From: Acidimicrobiaceae bacterium | GTDB taxonomy: Bacteria > Actinomycetota > Acidimicrobiia > Acidimicrobiales > RAAP-2 | Length of the DNA stretch: 64,000 nucleotides | NCBI GenBank assembly: GCA_027306755.1 | Contig: DAHUZE010000045.1 | Coordinates: 317-64,316, forward strand | Direction of reading: 5' to 3' | Part shown: piece after piece, positions 22,616 to 30,759 of the stretch | How the letters are laid out: every line of letters starts with the position of its first letter | Position numbering within the stretch: position 1 is the stretch's first letter | Notes under the pieces: model-generated | Told to the model about the DNA's origin: nothing | Databases searched by the model: none | Seen by the model: the letters and a program-made list of their open reading frames with translations, nothing else | Position numbers and translations under genes: made by a program

Positions 22616-23169
22616 TGGCCGACGGGGTGTTCGAGGCCCTCGTCCTGACGCCCGAGGCCGAGCTCCTGCACGCCGACGCCCGGTCCGTCGTGCTCCGCAG
22701 CTCGGACGGGGACCTGACGGTGCTGGACGGCCACACCCCGCTCATCACCGACGTAATGCCCGGGGACGTCCGGGTGGACCCGGCGGAGGGCGATGCCGTC
22801 CACCTGGCTGTCCACGGCGGCTACATGCAGGTCGAGTCGGGCGAGGGAGTGGGCGGCGCCGAGGGCCGGGCCACGAGGGTGACGCTGCTGGCCGGCACCG
22901 CCGAGCTGGCCGTGGACATCGACGCAGCCCGCGCCGAGCGTGCCCGCTCGGAGGCCGAGGCCAAGGTGGAGCAGCTGCGGGCGTCCACCGGCCGCAGCGG
23001 TGGTGCCGGCGGCGGCGCCGGACCGGGCGCCCGGGGCGCTGCGGCGGGTGGGGAGCCGGCCACCGGCGAGCCGGCGCCCGTGACGCCCGAGGAGATCGAG
23101 CTGGCCGAAGCCGAGGCCGCCTTGCGGCGGGCGCAGGTGCGCCTGGAGGTCGCAGGAGCAGCCACGTAG
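22615..23169 (+). CDS. atpC: F0F1 ATP synthase subunit epsilon with a Gly/Ala/Pro-rich insertion in the C-terminal helices
   Basis: N-terminal beta-sandwich segment (LTVLDGHTPLITDV...HGGYMQV). 184 aa versus the usual ~120-140. ATGA-type overlap with atpD. Confidence 0.9.
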
Positions 23170-23214
23170 CGCCGGCGGGTCTGCGCGGGCGGCCGGCGGT
23201 GGCAGTTCAGCGAA

Positions 23215-23300
23215 GGGACGCCGCCAGCCGGGACGCCGCCAGCTCGGAAGCCGCCAGCCGGGGAGCAATCAGCCGGGGAGCCATCAGCCGGGACGCCGGA
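23215..23300. repeat. degenerate 15-bp tandem repeat, ~5.5 units, in the atpC/dcd convergent spacer
   Basis: Units gggacgccgccagcc, gggacgccgccagct, cggaagccgccagcc, ggggagcaatcagcc, ggggagccatcagcc and gggacgccggaagta, read directly. The last units cover the dcd stop and its final codons. Confidence 0.9.
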
Positions 23301-24432
23301 AGTAGCGGCTGAGCGTCTCGCCCTGCTGCTGGTAGGAGGAGCCGATCCCCGGCCCGTAGAGGATCTCCGGCGCCTCGAGCATGCGCTCGAAGGTCAGCTT
23401 GCAGACCGCCTGCCCGTGCTCGATCATGAACGGCACGTCGTGCGCCCGCACCTCGAGCGCGGCCCGGGAGCCGCGGAAGGCGCCGGCCGGGTCGAAGCCG
23501 AACCCAGGGTCGAAGAACCCGGCGTAGTGGGTCCGCAGCTCCCCGCTGGTGGGGTCGTAGGCGGTCATCTCGGCCGCCAGTTCCGGCGGAACCGACACGG
23601 CGTCGTTGGACATGAGCAGGTAGAACTTGTTCGGCGAGAGGACGAGCCGATTGCCGTCCTCCCGCACCACCGGGTCCCAGAAGGGCGACGGCTCCAGCGC
23701 GCCGGACCGACCGAGATCCAGCAGCGGGGCGTGCTCTCGGGCTGAGTACCCGACCCGCCCCACGGCGTCGCCCCGAAGGTCCAGGGCCAGGAAGAGGCCG
23801 TTTGTGAGGATCAGGTCGTCGACCGGCACCGGCACGCCGTCGCGGTAGAGGAGCGGCTCCCGGTCGTGGGCCTCCCGGATCTCGCCGTCGGAGAGCGCGG
23901 CCCGCCCGATCGACAGCCGGAGCTGGTTCAGCGTCAGGTCCTCGTGCACCCTGATGGCGAAGGAGAGCGGCACGACCTCGAGGTACAGGGCGCCGTCGTA
24001 GCCGTTGGCGATCTCGTCGAACCGCTCGCTGTGGTCGGTGACAACCCGGGTGAAGACGTCGATGCGACCGGTCGAGCTCTTGGGGTTGGCCTTGCCCCGC
24101 AGCCCCTCGGGCAGATGCAGGCGCTCCTTCAACTCGATGAGGTAGGGGTGGCCCACCTCCAGCATCGCCCCCCGGCGGAGATCGATCTCGTCCAGCGTGT
24201 ACTCCTTCAGCTTCCGCTCCACCGTGTCGTGGCCGGGGAGGACGCTGCAGCGGATCCTCGTGGCCGTCTCCCCCAGGCGGAGGTCCAGGCTGGCCGGCTG
24301 GATGTTCTCCGGCGGGACCTTGAACCGGCCGGCGTCCACGTACCCGGCCTTGACGGCCTGGTCGAGATGCTGGCCCGGAAGCACGCCGTTGCCGCCCCGG
24401 ACGAGGCGGGTGGCGATGGGAGCGCCCGTCAT
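23284..24432 (-). CDS. 2'-deoxycytidine 5'-triphosphate deaminase, long (~380 aa) form
   Basis: MTGAPIATRLVRGGNGVLPGQHLDQAVKAGYV...IQPASLDLRLGE matches my recollection of the long DCD family (PF06559-type). ATG 24432 chosen; the upstream 43 codons of the tracked ORF look off-frame. Confidence 0.75.
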   Translation of the reverse strand: MTGAPIATRLVRGGNGVLPGQHLDQAVKAGYVDAGRFKVPPENIQPASLDLRLGETATRIRCSVLPGHDTVERKLKEYTLDEIDLRRGAMLEVGHPYLIELKERLHLPEGLRGKANPKSSTGRIDVFTRVVTDHSERFDEIANGYDGALYLEVVPLSFAIRVHEDLTLNQLRLSIGRAALSDGEIREAHDREPLLYRDGVPVPVDDLILTNGLFLALDLRGDAVGRVGYSAREHAPLLDLGRSGALEPSPFWDPVVREDGNRLVLSPNKFYLLMSNDAVSVPPELAAEMTAYDPTSGELRTHYAGFFDPGFGFDPAGAFRGSRAALEVRAHDVPFMIEHGQAVCKLTFERMLEAPEILYGPGIGSSYQQQGETLSRYFRRPG

Positions 24433-24603
24433 CCGGCGATGATACGCCGGACCCGGCGCGAGCCCCCGGCGTTCCCGGTGGGTGCGGGCCGGGTAGGCAC
24501 CACGTCGAGTGAGGGGCGCCCGGCCGCCGCTCGCTCCGTGGGCTGCCCCGGCGGGCCACACTGTGGCACCAACTAGCTATCCACCATCCACCCGAGGAGG
24601 ACC

Positions 24604-25089
24604 ATGGCCAGCATCAGCGTTACCAGCGACCAGTTCGAGGACGGGGGCAAGATCCCGCGCCGGGCCGCCCACAGCATGGCGGGGGGCGAGAACCAGAGCC
24701 CTCAGCTGGCATGGGACGGGGTCCCCACGGGCACCCAGAGCATCGCGGTCACGTGCTGGGACCCGGACGCGCCGACCACCGTCGGGTTCAGCCACTGGGT
24801 CCGAAGCGGGATGGCGCCAACGGCGACCGAGCTCCCCGAAGGGGCCGGCACCGGGACCGGCGACTGGGTAGACGGGATCACCGACTGGGGCCAGACGGGC
24901 TACGGGGGCATGGCTCCCCCGGAGGGTGATCCGGCCCACCACTACCAGTTCACCGTGTACGCCCTGGACGCCCGGGCCGAGACACTGGGCCTCGACGGGA
25001 CCGCCACCTACGCCAAGTTCCGGTTCCTCATCCGGGAGCACGTGCTGGCGTCGGGCACCCTGACGGGGCTGTTCGCCGCGGGCGACTGA
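24604..25089 (+). CDS. YbhB/YbcL-family PEBP (Raf kinase inhibitor-like) protein
   Basis: GENQSPQLAW, CWDPDAPT..GFSHWV, and PPEGDPAHHYQFTVYALD. GAGGAGG lies upstream of the ATG. Confidence 0.85.
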   Translation: MASISVTSDQFEDGGKIPRRAAHSMAGGENQSPQLAWDGVPTGTQSIAVTCWDPDAPTTVGFSHWVRSGMAPTATELPEGAGTGTGDWVDGITDWGQTGYGGMAPPEGDPAHHYQFTVYALDARAETLGLDGTATYAKFRFLIREHVLASGTLTGLFAAGD

Positions 25090-25293
25090 CCGCGCCCCGG
25101 GGCGGAATGGCGGCTGGCAACGGCCGGAACCGCCTGCAAAGGATGTCCTTGCCGTAATGCCCATTGCGGCCCTGCTCTCGTTGCAACGCGGGTGCGAACC
25201 GGGGGTTTCGTGCGTTCGCGGCAATGGGTAGGTCGCGCGGGAACGAGTCGGGCAACAGGCGCGGGCTCGCGTGCCCGGTGAGGAGGAATTGCG

Positions 25294-26220
25294 ATGGCAG
25301 CCGCGAGGAATTACACAACATCGGCCCCAGCGGGTACGGGTGCTGGGACGCGGACCCGCCTGGTGCTCGCGGAGGGCGGCGTGGTCTCCGGTCCCACCGT
25401 TCCGTTCAGCGTGGTGCTCTTGGGCCTCGTCACGGTGCTCGTTGCCGCCTGGGGGGCGGCCGCTCCCTTCTTCGGGCCCGATCTGGGCTTCGCCGCCGAC
25501 CGCTTCGGCGCGTGGCAGTGGTCGCGGACCAGCCTCCTTCTGGCCGTGGTCCCGGGTGCGGTGGCGCTGGTGTGCGGGCTGTGGGTGCTGGCCGCGGCCA
25601 CGCACCGCTCCTACGGCCGCCGCCCGGACCTGTGGTTGCTTGGGCTCATCGTGGCCGCCAGCGGCGCCTGGTTCGTGGTCGGCCAGTACGTGTGGCGCGC
25701 GCTGGGGAACCGCCCCTTCATCGCTCCCTCCGGGCCGACCCACTTCATGCTGAAGGAGCTGTGCTTCGCCGTCGGGCCGGGGGTCATCCTCATCCTCTCC
25801 GGGGCCCTGTTCATGGGCTGGGCGATGAGGCGCGAGCTGGCGGTGGTGGCAGAGCGCTTCCCGCGGGGTTCCGAGACCCCGGTGGTCGAGCCCGCGGCAG
25901 CGGTGGCCACCCCCGTGGCCGCCCCAGCCGGTGAGCCGGTCCGCACTGCGGCCCCGGGATCTGTCGCTCCCGGCGCTGTCGCTCCCGGCGCTGTGGCGCC
26001 GGCCGCTCCCGCTCCGGTCAGCACGGTCCAGCAGCCGGTGGCCGGGCACGCAGCCGTCGGGCAGCCGGTGGTGGAGCAGGCTCCAGGGACTGTCCGCGCC
26101 GCCCCGACGACGACGGTGGCCGAGCAGCAAGTCACCCGGCAGGTCCCGATGACGACGCCGACAGCGCCGACAGCGCCGACAGCGCCGACAGCGCCGGCGG
26201 GCGGGCCCCCCCTGGCGTGA
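25294..26220 (+). CDS. four-TM membrane protein of unknown function with Pro/Ala/Thr-repeat C-terminal tail
   Basis: AGGAGG lies 7 nt upstream of the ATG. Hydrophobic segments VVLLGLVTVLVAAWGAA, LLLAVVPGAVALVCGLWVLAAA, LWLLGLIVAASGAWFVVG and FAVGPGVILILSGALFMGWA. The tail is APGSVAPGAVAPGAVAP...TPTAPTAPTAPTAP. Confidence 0.6.
   Translation: MAAARNYTTSAPAGTGAGTRTRLVLAEGGVVSGPTVPFSVVLLGLVTVLVAAWGAAAPFFGPDLGFAADRFGAWQWSRTSLLLAVVPGAVALVCGLWVLAAATHRSYGRRPDLWLLGLIVAASGAWFVVGQYVWRALGNRPFIAPSGPTHFMLKELCFAVGPGVILILSGALFMGWAMRRELAVVAERFPRGSETPVVEPAAAVATPVAAPAGEPVRTAAPGSVAPGAVAPGAVAPAAPAPVSTVQQPVAGHAAVGQPVVEQAPGTVRAAPTTTVAEQQVTRQVPMTTPTAPTAPTAPTAPAGGPPLA
26155..26199 (+). repeat. 9-bp tandem repeat x5 (gcgccgaca) encoding (TAP)n
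   Basis: Read directly in the 3' end of CDS 25294..26220. Confidence 0.9.
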
Positions 26221-26264
26221 CGGCACCCGGGCCCCCCTGGCGTGACGGCACCCGGGCCCCCTGA
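26203..26264. repeat. 25/26-bp tandem duplication (2 full copies plus 1 partial) spanning the stop codon of CDS 25294..26220
   Basis: gggcccccctggcgtgacggcaccc at 26203..26228, gggccccctggcgtgacggcaccc at 26229..26253, and partial gggccccctga at 26254..26264. Confidence 0.9.
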
Positions 26265-26267
26265 GCG

Positions 26268-27608
26268 TCAGGAGTCGAAGCCGAGCCCCAGGGCGTCCAG
26301 GAGCCGGAGCCACCCGTTGCGCCTGCCGTCGCGGGCGTCGGCCCGTGCGATCGACCATCTCGTGGCCTGGACGACGGCCCAGGCCAGTGGCTCGGGGGGG
26401 AAGGGGACCGGCTTGGACCGCACGAGGTCCAGCTCGGTGCGAGCCGTGCGGGCGCCGCTCAGCAGGTCCAGCATCACCTGGGCGCCGAAGCGGCTGGCGC
26501 CCACCCCCAGGCCGGTGTACCCGGCGGCGTAGGCCACCCGCCCGCGGTGGGCGGTGCCGAAGAAGGCGCAGAACCGCCCGCAAGTGTCGATGGCCCCGCC
26601 CCAGCGATGCGTGAAGCGAAGGTCTTCCAGCTGGGGGAACGTCTCGTAGAAATGGCGGGCCAGCAGGCGGAAGGTGGCGGGCCGCTGGTCGTACTCCGGC
26701 TTGACCTTGCGCCCGTAGTGGTAGACGGCGTCGAACCCTCCCCACAGGATCCGGTCGTCCGCAGTCAGCCGGTAGTAGTGGAACTGGTTGCCGGCATCCG
26801 ATACGCCCTGGCGGTGCTCCCAGCCGACCGACGCCAGCTGCCGGGAAGTCAGCGGCTCGGTCACCAGCACGTAGTCGTAGACGGGCACGATCCGGTAGCG
26901 GACGCGGCGGACGAACGGCTCGAAGGCATTGGTGGCAAGGGCCACCCGCTCGGCGAGCAGCGTGCCCGCCGGCGTGCGCAGCTCCACCCCGGACCTGTTG
27001 TCCGCGAGGCCGAGCACGGGGGAGTGCTCGGCGATCCGGACGCCCGCCTCCAGGCACGCCTCCCGTATGGCCCAGGCCAGCCGGGCCGGGTTGACCATGG
27101 CACAGCCCTCGCGTTCCCACAGGCCGCCCAGGTAGGTGGGTGAGCGGACTTCGGCCTTGACGGCCTCTGCGCCCAGCCACCCGGTGGGAGCCGCTCCCTG
27201 GCCCCGCATTTCCGCCAGCTGCCACGGCTGGGTGGCGACGGAGAGCGCGCCGGTCCGTTCCCAGCCGCAGTCGACCGAGCGGTCGGCGACGAACCGCTCG
27301 ATGGCGTCCAGGTTGTCCATGCCCAGCTGGTGCAGCTGGGGATAGCTCGCAGGGAACCGGGCCCGGCCGTTGGCCTCTCCGTGGGTGAGGCTCGCTTCGC
27401 AGAAGCCTCCGTTCCGTCCGCTGGCCGCCCAGGAGGCGGTCTCGGCCTCGAGCACGGTCACCTTCCGGCCCGGGTCGGCCTTCTTGGCCAGGAGGGCGGT
27501 CCACAGGCCCGTGAACCCTGCGCCCACCACGGCCAGATCGGCACGCTCGGAGCCCACGAGTGCCGGCATCGGCGCAGGCGCGGCGGGGTCGTCGAGCCAG
27601 AAGCTCAT
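26268..27608 (-). CDS. FAD-dependent oxidoreductase (DAO family, gamma-glutamylputrescine-oxidase-like)
   Basis: Dinucleotide-binding motif ADLAVVGAGFTGLWTALLAKK and DAO-like body. ATG 27608 (MSFWLDDP) chosen. Confidence 0.8.
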   Translation of the reverse strand: MSFWLDDPAAPAPMPALVGSERADLAVVGAGFTGLWTALLAKKADPGRKVTVLEAETASWAASGRNGGFCEASLTHGEANGRARFPASYPQLHQLGMDNLDAIERFVADRSVDCGWERTGALSVATQPWQLAEMRGQGAAPTGWLGAEAVKAEVRSPTYLGGLWEREGCAMVNPARLAWAIREACLEAGVRIAEHSPVLGLADNRSGVELRTPAGTLLAERVALATNAFEPFVRRVRYRIVPVYDYVLVTEPLTSRQLASVGWEHRQGVSDAGNQFHYYRLTADDRILWGGFDAVYHYGRKVKPEYDQRPATFRLLARHFYETFPQLEDLRFTHRWGGAIDTCGRFCAFFGTAHRGRVAYAAGYTGLGVGASRFGAQVMLDLLSGARTARTELDLVRSKPVPFPPEPLAWAVVQATRWSIARADARDGRRNGWLRLLDALGLGFDS

Positions 27609-27774
27609 GGGGCGGGCGTCGGAGAACCGGGCGTCGAGGCTGGAGCCCGATCGGGACCGGGGAGGTGAGTCGCCCACGGTCGCAGAGGCGAGGCCGCCGG
27701 CCGCCGCCGGTGCCCGCCCGGTTCCTCCAACAGTCAGGCGCCGGCCGGAGCCGATCACCTACGCTCGCCGCATC

Positions 27775-28923
27775 ATGACGCTGGCGACGCCCACCCTCAC
27801 CAACACCCACCCCGCCCTCCGGCGCTGCTGGCATCCGGTCGCCCGATCCGCCGACGTGGCCGGCGGGCCCGTCCGCACGCTGCTGCTGGGCGAGCCGTGG
27901 GTGCTCGTCCGGCTCGGGCCCGGTGGCGCCGTCCAGGCCTTTCCCGACCGGTGCCCGCACCGCCTGGCGCCCCTTTCCATCGGCTCGCTCGACGTGGTGG
28001 GGGATGCCGTCGCCGTGCTCCGGTGCGCCTACCACGGCTGGTGCTTCGACGCCTCCGGCCGTTGCGTCGAGCTCCCGGCGCTCGGCCCCGGCGCCACGAT
28101 CCCGCCCCGGGCGCGCCTGCGCCCCGGGCACGCGGTGACCGAGCGCCACGGGATGGTCTTCCTGGCGCCCACAGCTCCGGCACCGGGATGCGCCGAGCTT
28201 CCCTCCGTTCCGGAGGCCGAGGACCCCTCGTACATGGCCGGGGACCTGCCGCCGATGCGGACCCGGGCGGCGGCAGGGTTCCTGGCCGACAACTTCTTGG
28301 ACATGGCCCATTTCCCCTTCGTCCACGCTGCAACGTTCGGCGCAGCGGACCCGGTCGTCCCGCCATTGCACGTGGTCCGGGACGGGCTCTCCTTCGTTGC
28401 CGAGAACGAGCACGACTTCGTCAACCGTGAGGACCCGGGCGTGGCGGCTGGCATTCGACCGCTGGTCCAGCGGCGGCGCGTCACCTACCGGGTGCACGCT
28501 CCCTTCCACCTCGTGCTCCGGCTGGACTTCCTGGGCTCCGGCGGTACCAATGTCATCGGGTTCTTCCTCCAGCCCGAGACGGAGGACTCGACCCGCGTGT
28601 ACTCCACGATCTGGCGCAACGACCTTGACCACGACCCGGCCCGCCTGGCCGATGCCGTTGCGTTCGAGGTGAAGGTAGTGCAGGAGGACCTGGCGCTCCA
28701 GGACACGTTCGACGTCCGGGGCTTCCCCCTCGACCCTACGGCGGAGGTGCACACCCGCGCCGACCGGTCGACCCTCGAGCTCCGCCGGATGCTGGCCGAG
28801 CTCGTCAACTCCCCAGCCGACCGGGCTCCCGGGGAGCACGCGGTGCTGCCGGGGCGCGGAGCCGGGGAGCCCTCGACCGGTTCCGGTCCGGCCGTGCTCC
28901 ACGCGACACCCGCCCATGGCTAG
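27775..28923 (+). CDS. Rieske [2Fe-2S] non-heme iron oxygenase, alpha-subunit-only type
   Basis: Rieske motif CPHRLAPLS...LRCAYHGWCF and mononuclear-iron motif DNFLDMAHFPFVH. ATG 27775. Confidence 0.85.
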   Translation: MTLATPTLTNTHPALRRCWHPVARSADVAGGPVRTLLLGEPWVLVRLGPGGAVQAFPDRCPHRLAPLSIGSLDVVGDAVAVLRCAYHGWCFDASGRCVELPALGPGATIPPRARLRPGHAVTERHGMVFLAPTAPAPGCAELPSVPEAEDPSYMAGDLPPMRTRAAAGFLADNFLDMAHFPFVHAATFGAADPVVPPLHVVRDGLSFVAENEHDFVNREDPGVAAGIRPLVQRRRVTYRVHAPFHLVLRLDFLGSGGTNVIGFFLQPETEDSTRVYSTIWRNDLDHDPARLADAVAFEVKVVQEDLALQDTFDVRGFPLDPTAEVHTRADRSTLELRRMLAELVNSPADRAPGEHAVLPGRGAGEPSTGSGPAVLHATPAHG

Positions 28924-29548
28924 CCCCGTGGTCGTGGTGGACCATCCTGCAGTGGCCCACCGGCTGGGGCGCCTGCGGGACATCGTCACCTCGGCAAACG
29001 AGGTGGTGCGGCTGGTCCACGAGGTGTCCACGTTCGTCGCCTACGAGGCGTTGCGGGACCTGGCGACGGAGCACGTGCCGGTGGAGACGCCGGTGGCGCC
29101 GGCCGCAGCCGTGCGGGTGACCGAGACGGTGCTCGTGGTGCCGGTCCTGCGAGCCGGCCTCGGCATGGTCCCGGCCGTCCAGGCGCTGCTGCCGTCGATC
29201 GAGGTGGCCTGCGTGGGCCTGCGCCGCAACGATTCCACCCTCAAGGCCGAGGTCTACCTGGACCAGCTGCCGGCAGACCTGTCGGGGCGCCGAGTGGTCG
29301 TCTGCGACCCGATGCTGGCCACCGGAGGGTCCCTGGCGTCGGTATGCGCCATGGCCGCGGCGCGGGGGGCATCGCAGCTCCAGGCGCTCTGCCTCATCGC
29401 CTCCACGCCGGGCCTGCAGCGCTTCCACCGGGAACAGCCGGGCGTGGCGGTGGCATGTGCTGCGGTGGACCCGTCGCTCGACGAGCGGGGCTACATCGTC
29501 CCCGGACTGGGTGACGCGGGCGACCGGCTCTTCGGCCCGCTGCCCTGA
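28916..29548 (+). CDS. upp: uracil phosphoribosyltransferase
   Basis: PRPP loop VVVCDPMLATGGS and C-terminal GYIVPGLGDAGDRLFG. Overlaps the Rieske gene 3' end by 8 nt. Confidence 0.95.
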   Translation: MASPVVVVDHPAVAHRLGRLRDIVTSANEVVRLVHEVSTFVAYEALRDLATEHVPVETPVAPAAAVRVTETVLVVPVLRAGLGMVPAVQALLPSIEVACVGLRRNDSTLKAEVYLDQLPADLSGRRVVVCDPMLATGGSLASVCAMAAARGASQLQALCLIASTPGLQRFHREQPGVAVACAAVDPSLDERGYIVPGLGDAGDRLFGPLP

Positions 29549-29556
29549 CGGGTCCC

Positions 29557-30759
29557 TCAGCCCCCACCCCTGCTCCCGCCGGCGCCCCTCCCGCCGGTCC
29601 GGCTCCCCCCGGCGAGCGCTGCCAGCCGTCGCAGCGCCGTGAGCGCCGCCAGAGCCCTCTGCGCGGCGCGCCACGTGGTGGAGGACCGCATGGCATCGAG
29701 CTGGGCCTCGGCGTCGGCCAGGGCCGCCCGCAGCGCGGACACGTCCACGTCCACCGCTTCGAGCCGCCGCCCGGCGTCCCCGAGGCTCTCGGACAGCTGG
29801 CGGGCGTCGCTGCGGAGCCGCTGCACCTCGCCGGCGAGTCGGTCCCGCTCGCGCCGGGTCAGCTCCTCTCGCAGGGCCCGCGCCCGCAGTCCGGCCGCCG
29901 AACCCGCGGGCAGGAGCACCGGCGCCTGTGTATGGCGCTCTTCGATCGTGCGGTGCGTCTGCTTCCACACCTCCGCGCCGTGGTCCGTCTTGGAGCTGAG
30001 ACCCTCGCTCCATGAGCGCAGGAGGGCGCTGACCGTGGGCGCGCTCTCGACGCCCAAGGCCGCGGCCGCCCGCATGAGGTGGTCCCAGTCCTCCAGCACC
30101 GGCAGCGACTCGTCCCAGGTGAGGCCCAGGTCCGTCACCGCCTGGCGGGGGACTGCGTAGCCGTTGTTGGGCGTGCGGTTGTCGACCAGGTGGTCCAGGT
30201 AGTCGAACTCGATGGGGTAGTCCACGTGGGGCCGGCTCACGACCTCGTACCCGTCGTCCCCGCCCCACGCCCCCGGCAGGGAACGCACCGTCTGGGTGGC
30301 CACGCACGCCCGAACGACGCGGCCCGGAGCGCGCCCGGCCGCCTCCTCGAAGCATGCCACCCAGTTGGCGAAGGCGACGTCGTCATCGTCGAGCGCGGCC
30401 ACGTAGCGCCCCCGGGCCATCCGGGCGCCCACGTTGAGGGGGTGCGCGCGGCCGCCGCCCTCCACGGGCACCACCCGGACCCGCCCGGCGAACCTGGGGT
30501 GGAACGTCGCCACGGTCGCCTCGACGGCGGCGACGGCGCCCTCCTCGGGGTCGTGGACGAGGACCAGCACCTCAAAGCGGTCGCAGGTCTGCGCGGCCAG
30601 GCTCAAGAGGGCGTCCTCCAGCGTTGCCGGGCGCCGCCCCCGGGTCCGGAGCAAGACAGTGAGGAACGGCGCGCCGTGCTGGTCCCGCGCCGACCCGGCC
30701 CCGGCGACGGCCGGGTGCTCGACGGGAGGGGTGGCCGGGGTCCCGGGCAGCTGGGTCAC
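29557..30759 (-). CDS. family-2 glycosyltransferase with C-terminal coiled-coil
   Basis: GT-A N-domain FLTVLLRTRGRRPATLEDALLSLAAQT...YVAALDDDDV. A ~110-aa heptad-like Arg/Glu/Leu/Ala tail (RERDRLAGEVQRLRSDARQLSESL...). GTG 30759 overlaps the upstream stop (GTGA). Confidence 0.75.
   Translation of the reverse strand: MTQLPGTPATPPVEHPAVAGAGSARDQHGAPFLTVLLRTRGRRPATLEDALLSLAAQTCDRFEVLVLVHDPEEGAVAAVEATVATFHPRFAGRVRVVPVEGGGRAHPLNVGARMARGRYVAALDDDDVAFANWVACFEEAAGRAPGRVVRACVATQTVRSLPGAWGGDDGYEVVSRPHVDYPIEFDYLDHLVDNRTPNNGYAVPRQAVTDLGLTWDESLPVLEDWDHLMRAAAALGVESAPTVSALLRSWSEGLSSKTDHGAEVWKQTHRTIEERHTQAPVLLPAGSAAGLRARALREELTRRERDRLAGEVQRLRSDARQLSESLGDAGRRLEAVDVDVSALRAALADAEAQLDAMRSSTTWRAAQRALAALTALRRLAALAGGSRTGGRGAGGSRGGG

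Noticed and set aside
23215-23300. CRISPR array (also considered for 26203..26264 and 54818..54863)
   Set aside because: The repeats are short (13-26 bp) and directly abutting with no spacers, and no cas genes are present. They are simple tandem repeats.
24577-29031. 1484-aa minus-strand ORF, the longest in the track
   Set aside because: It runs antisense through five independently supported genes (PEBP, membrane protein, FAD oxidase in another frame, Rieske oxygenase, upp). It is extremely Arg/Pro/Gly-rich with no recognisable domain. This is typical stop-codon-poor antisense reading of ~70% GC DNA.
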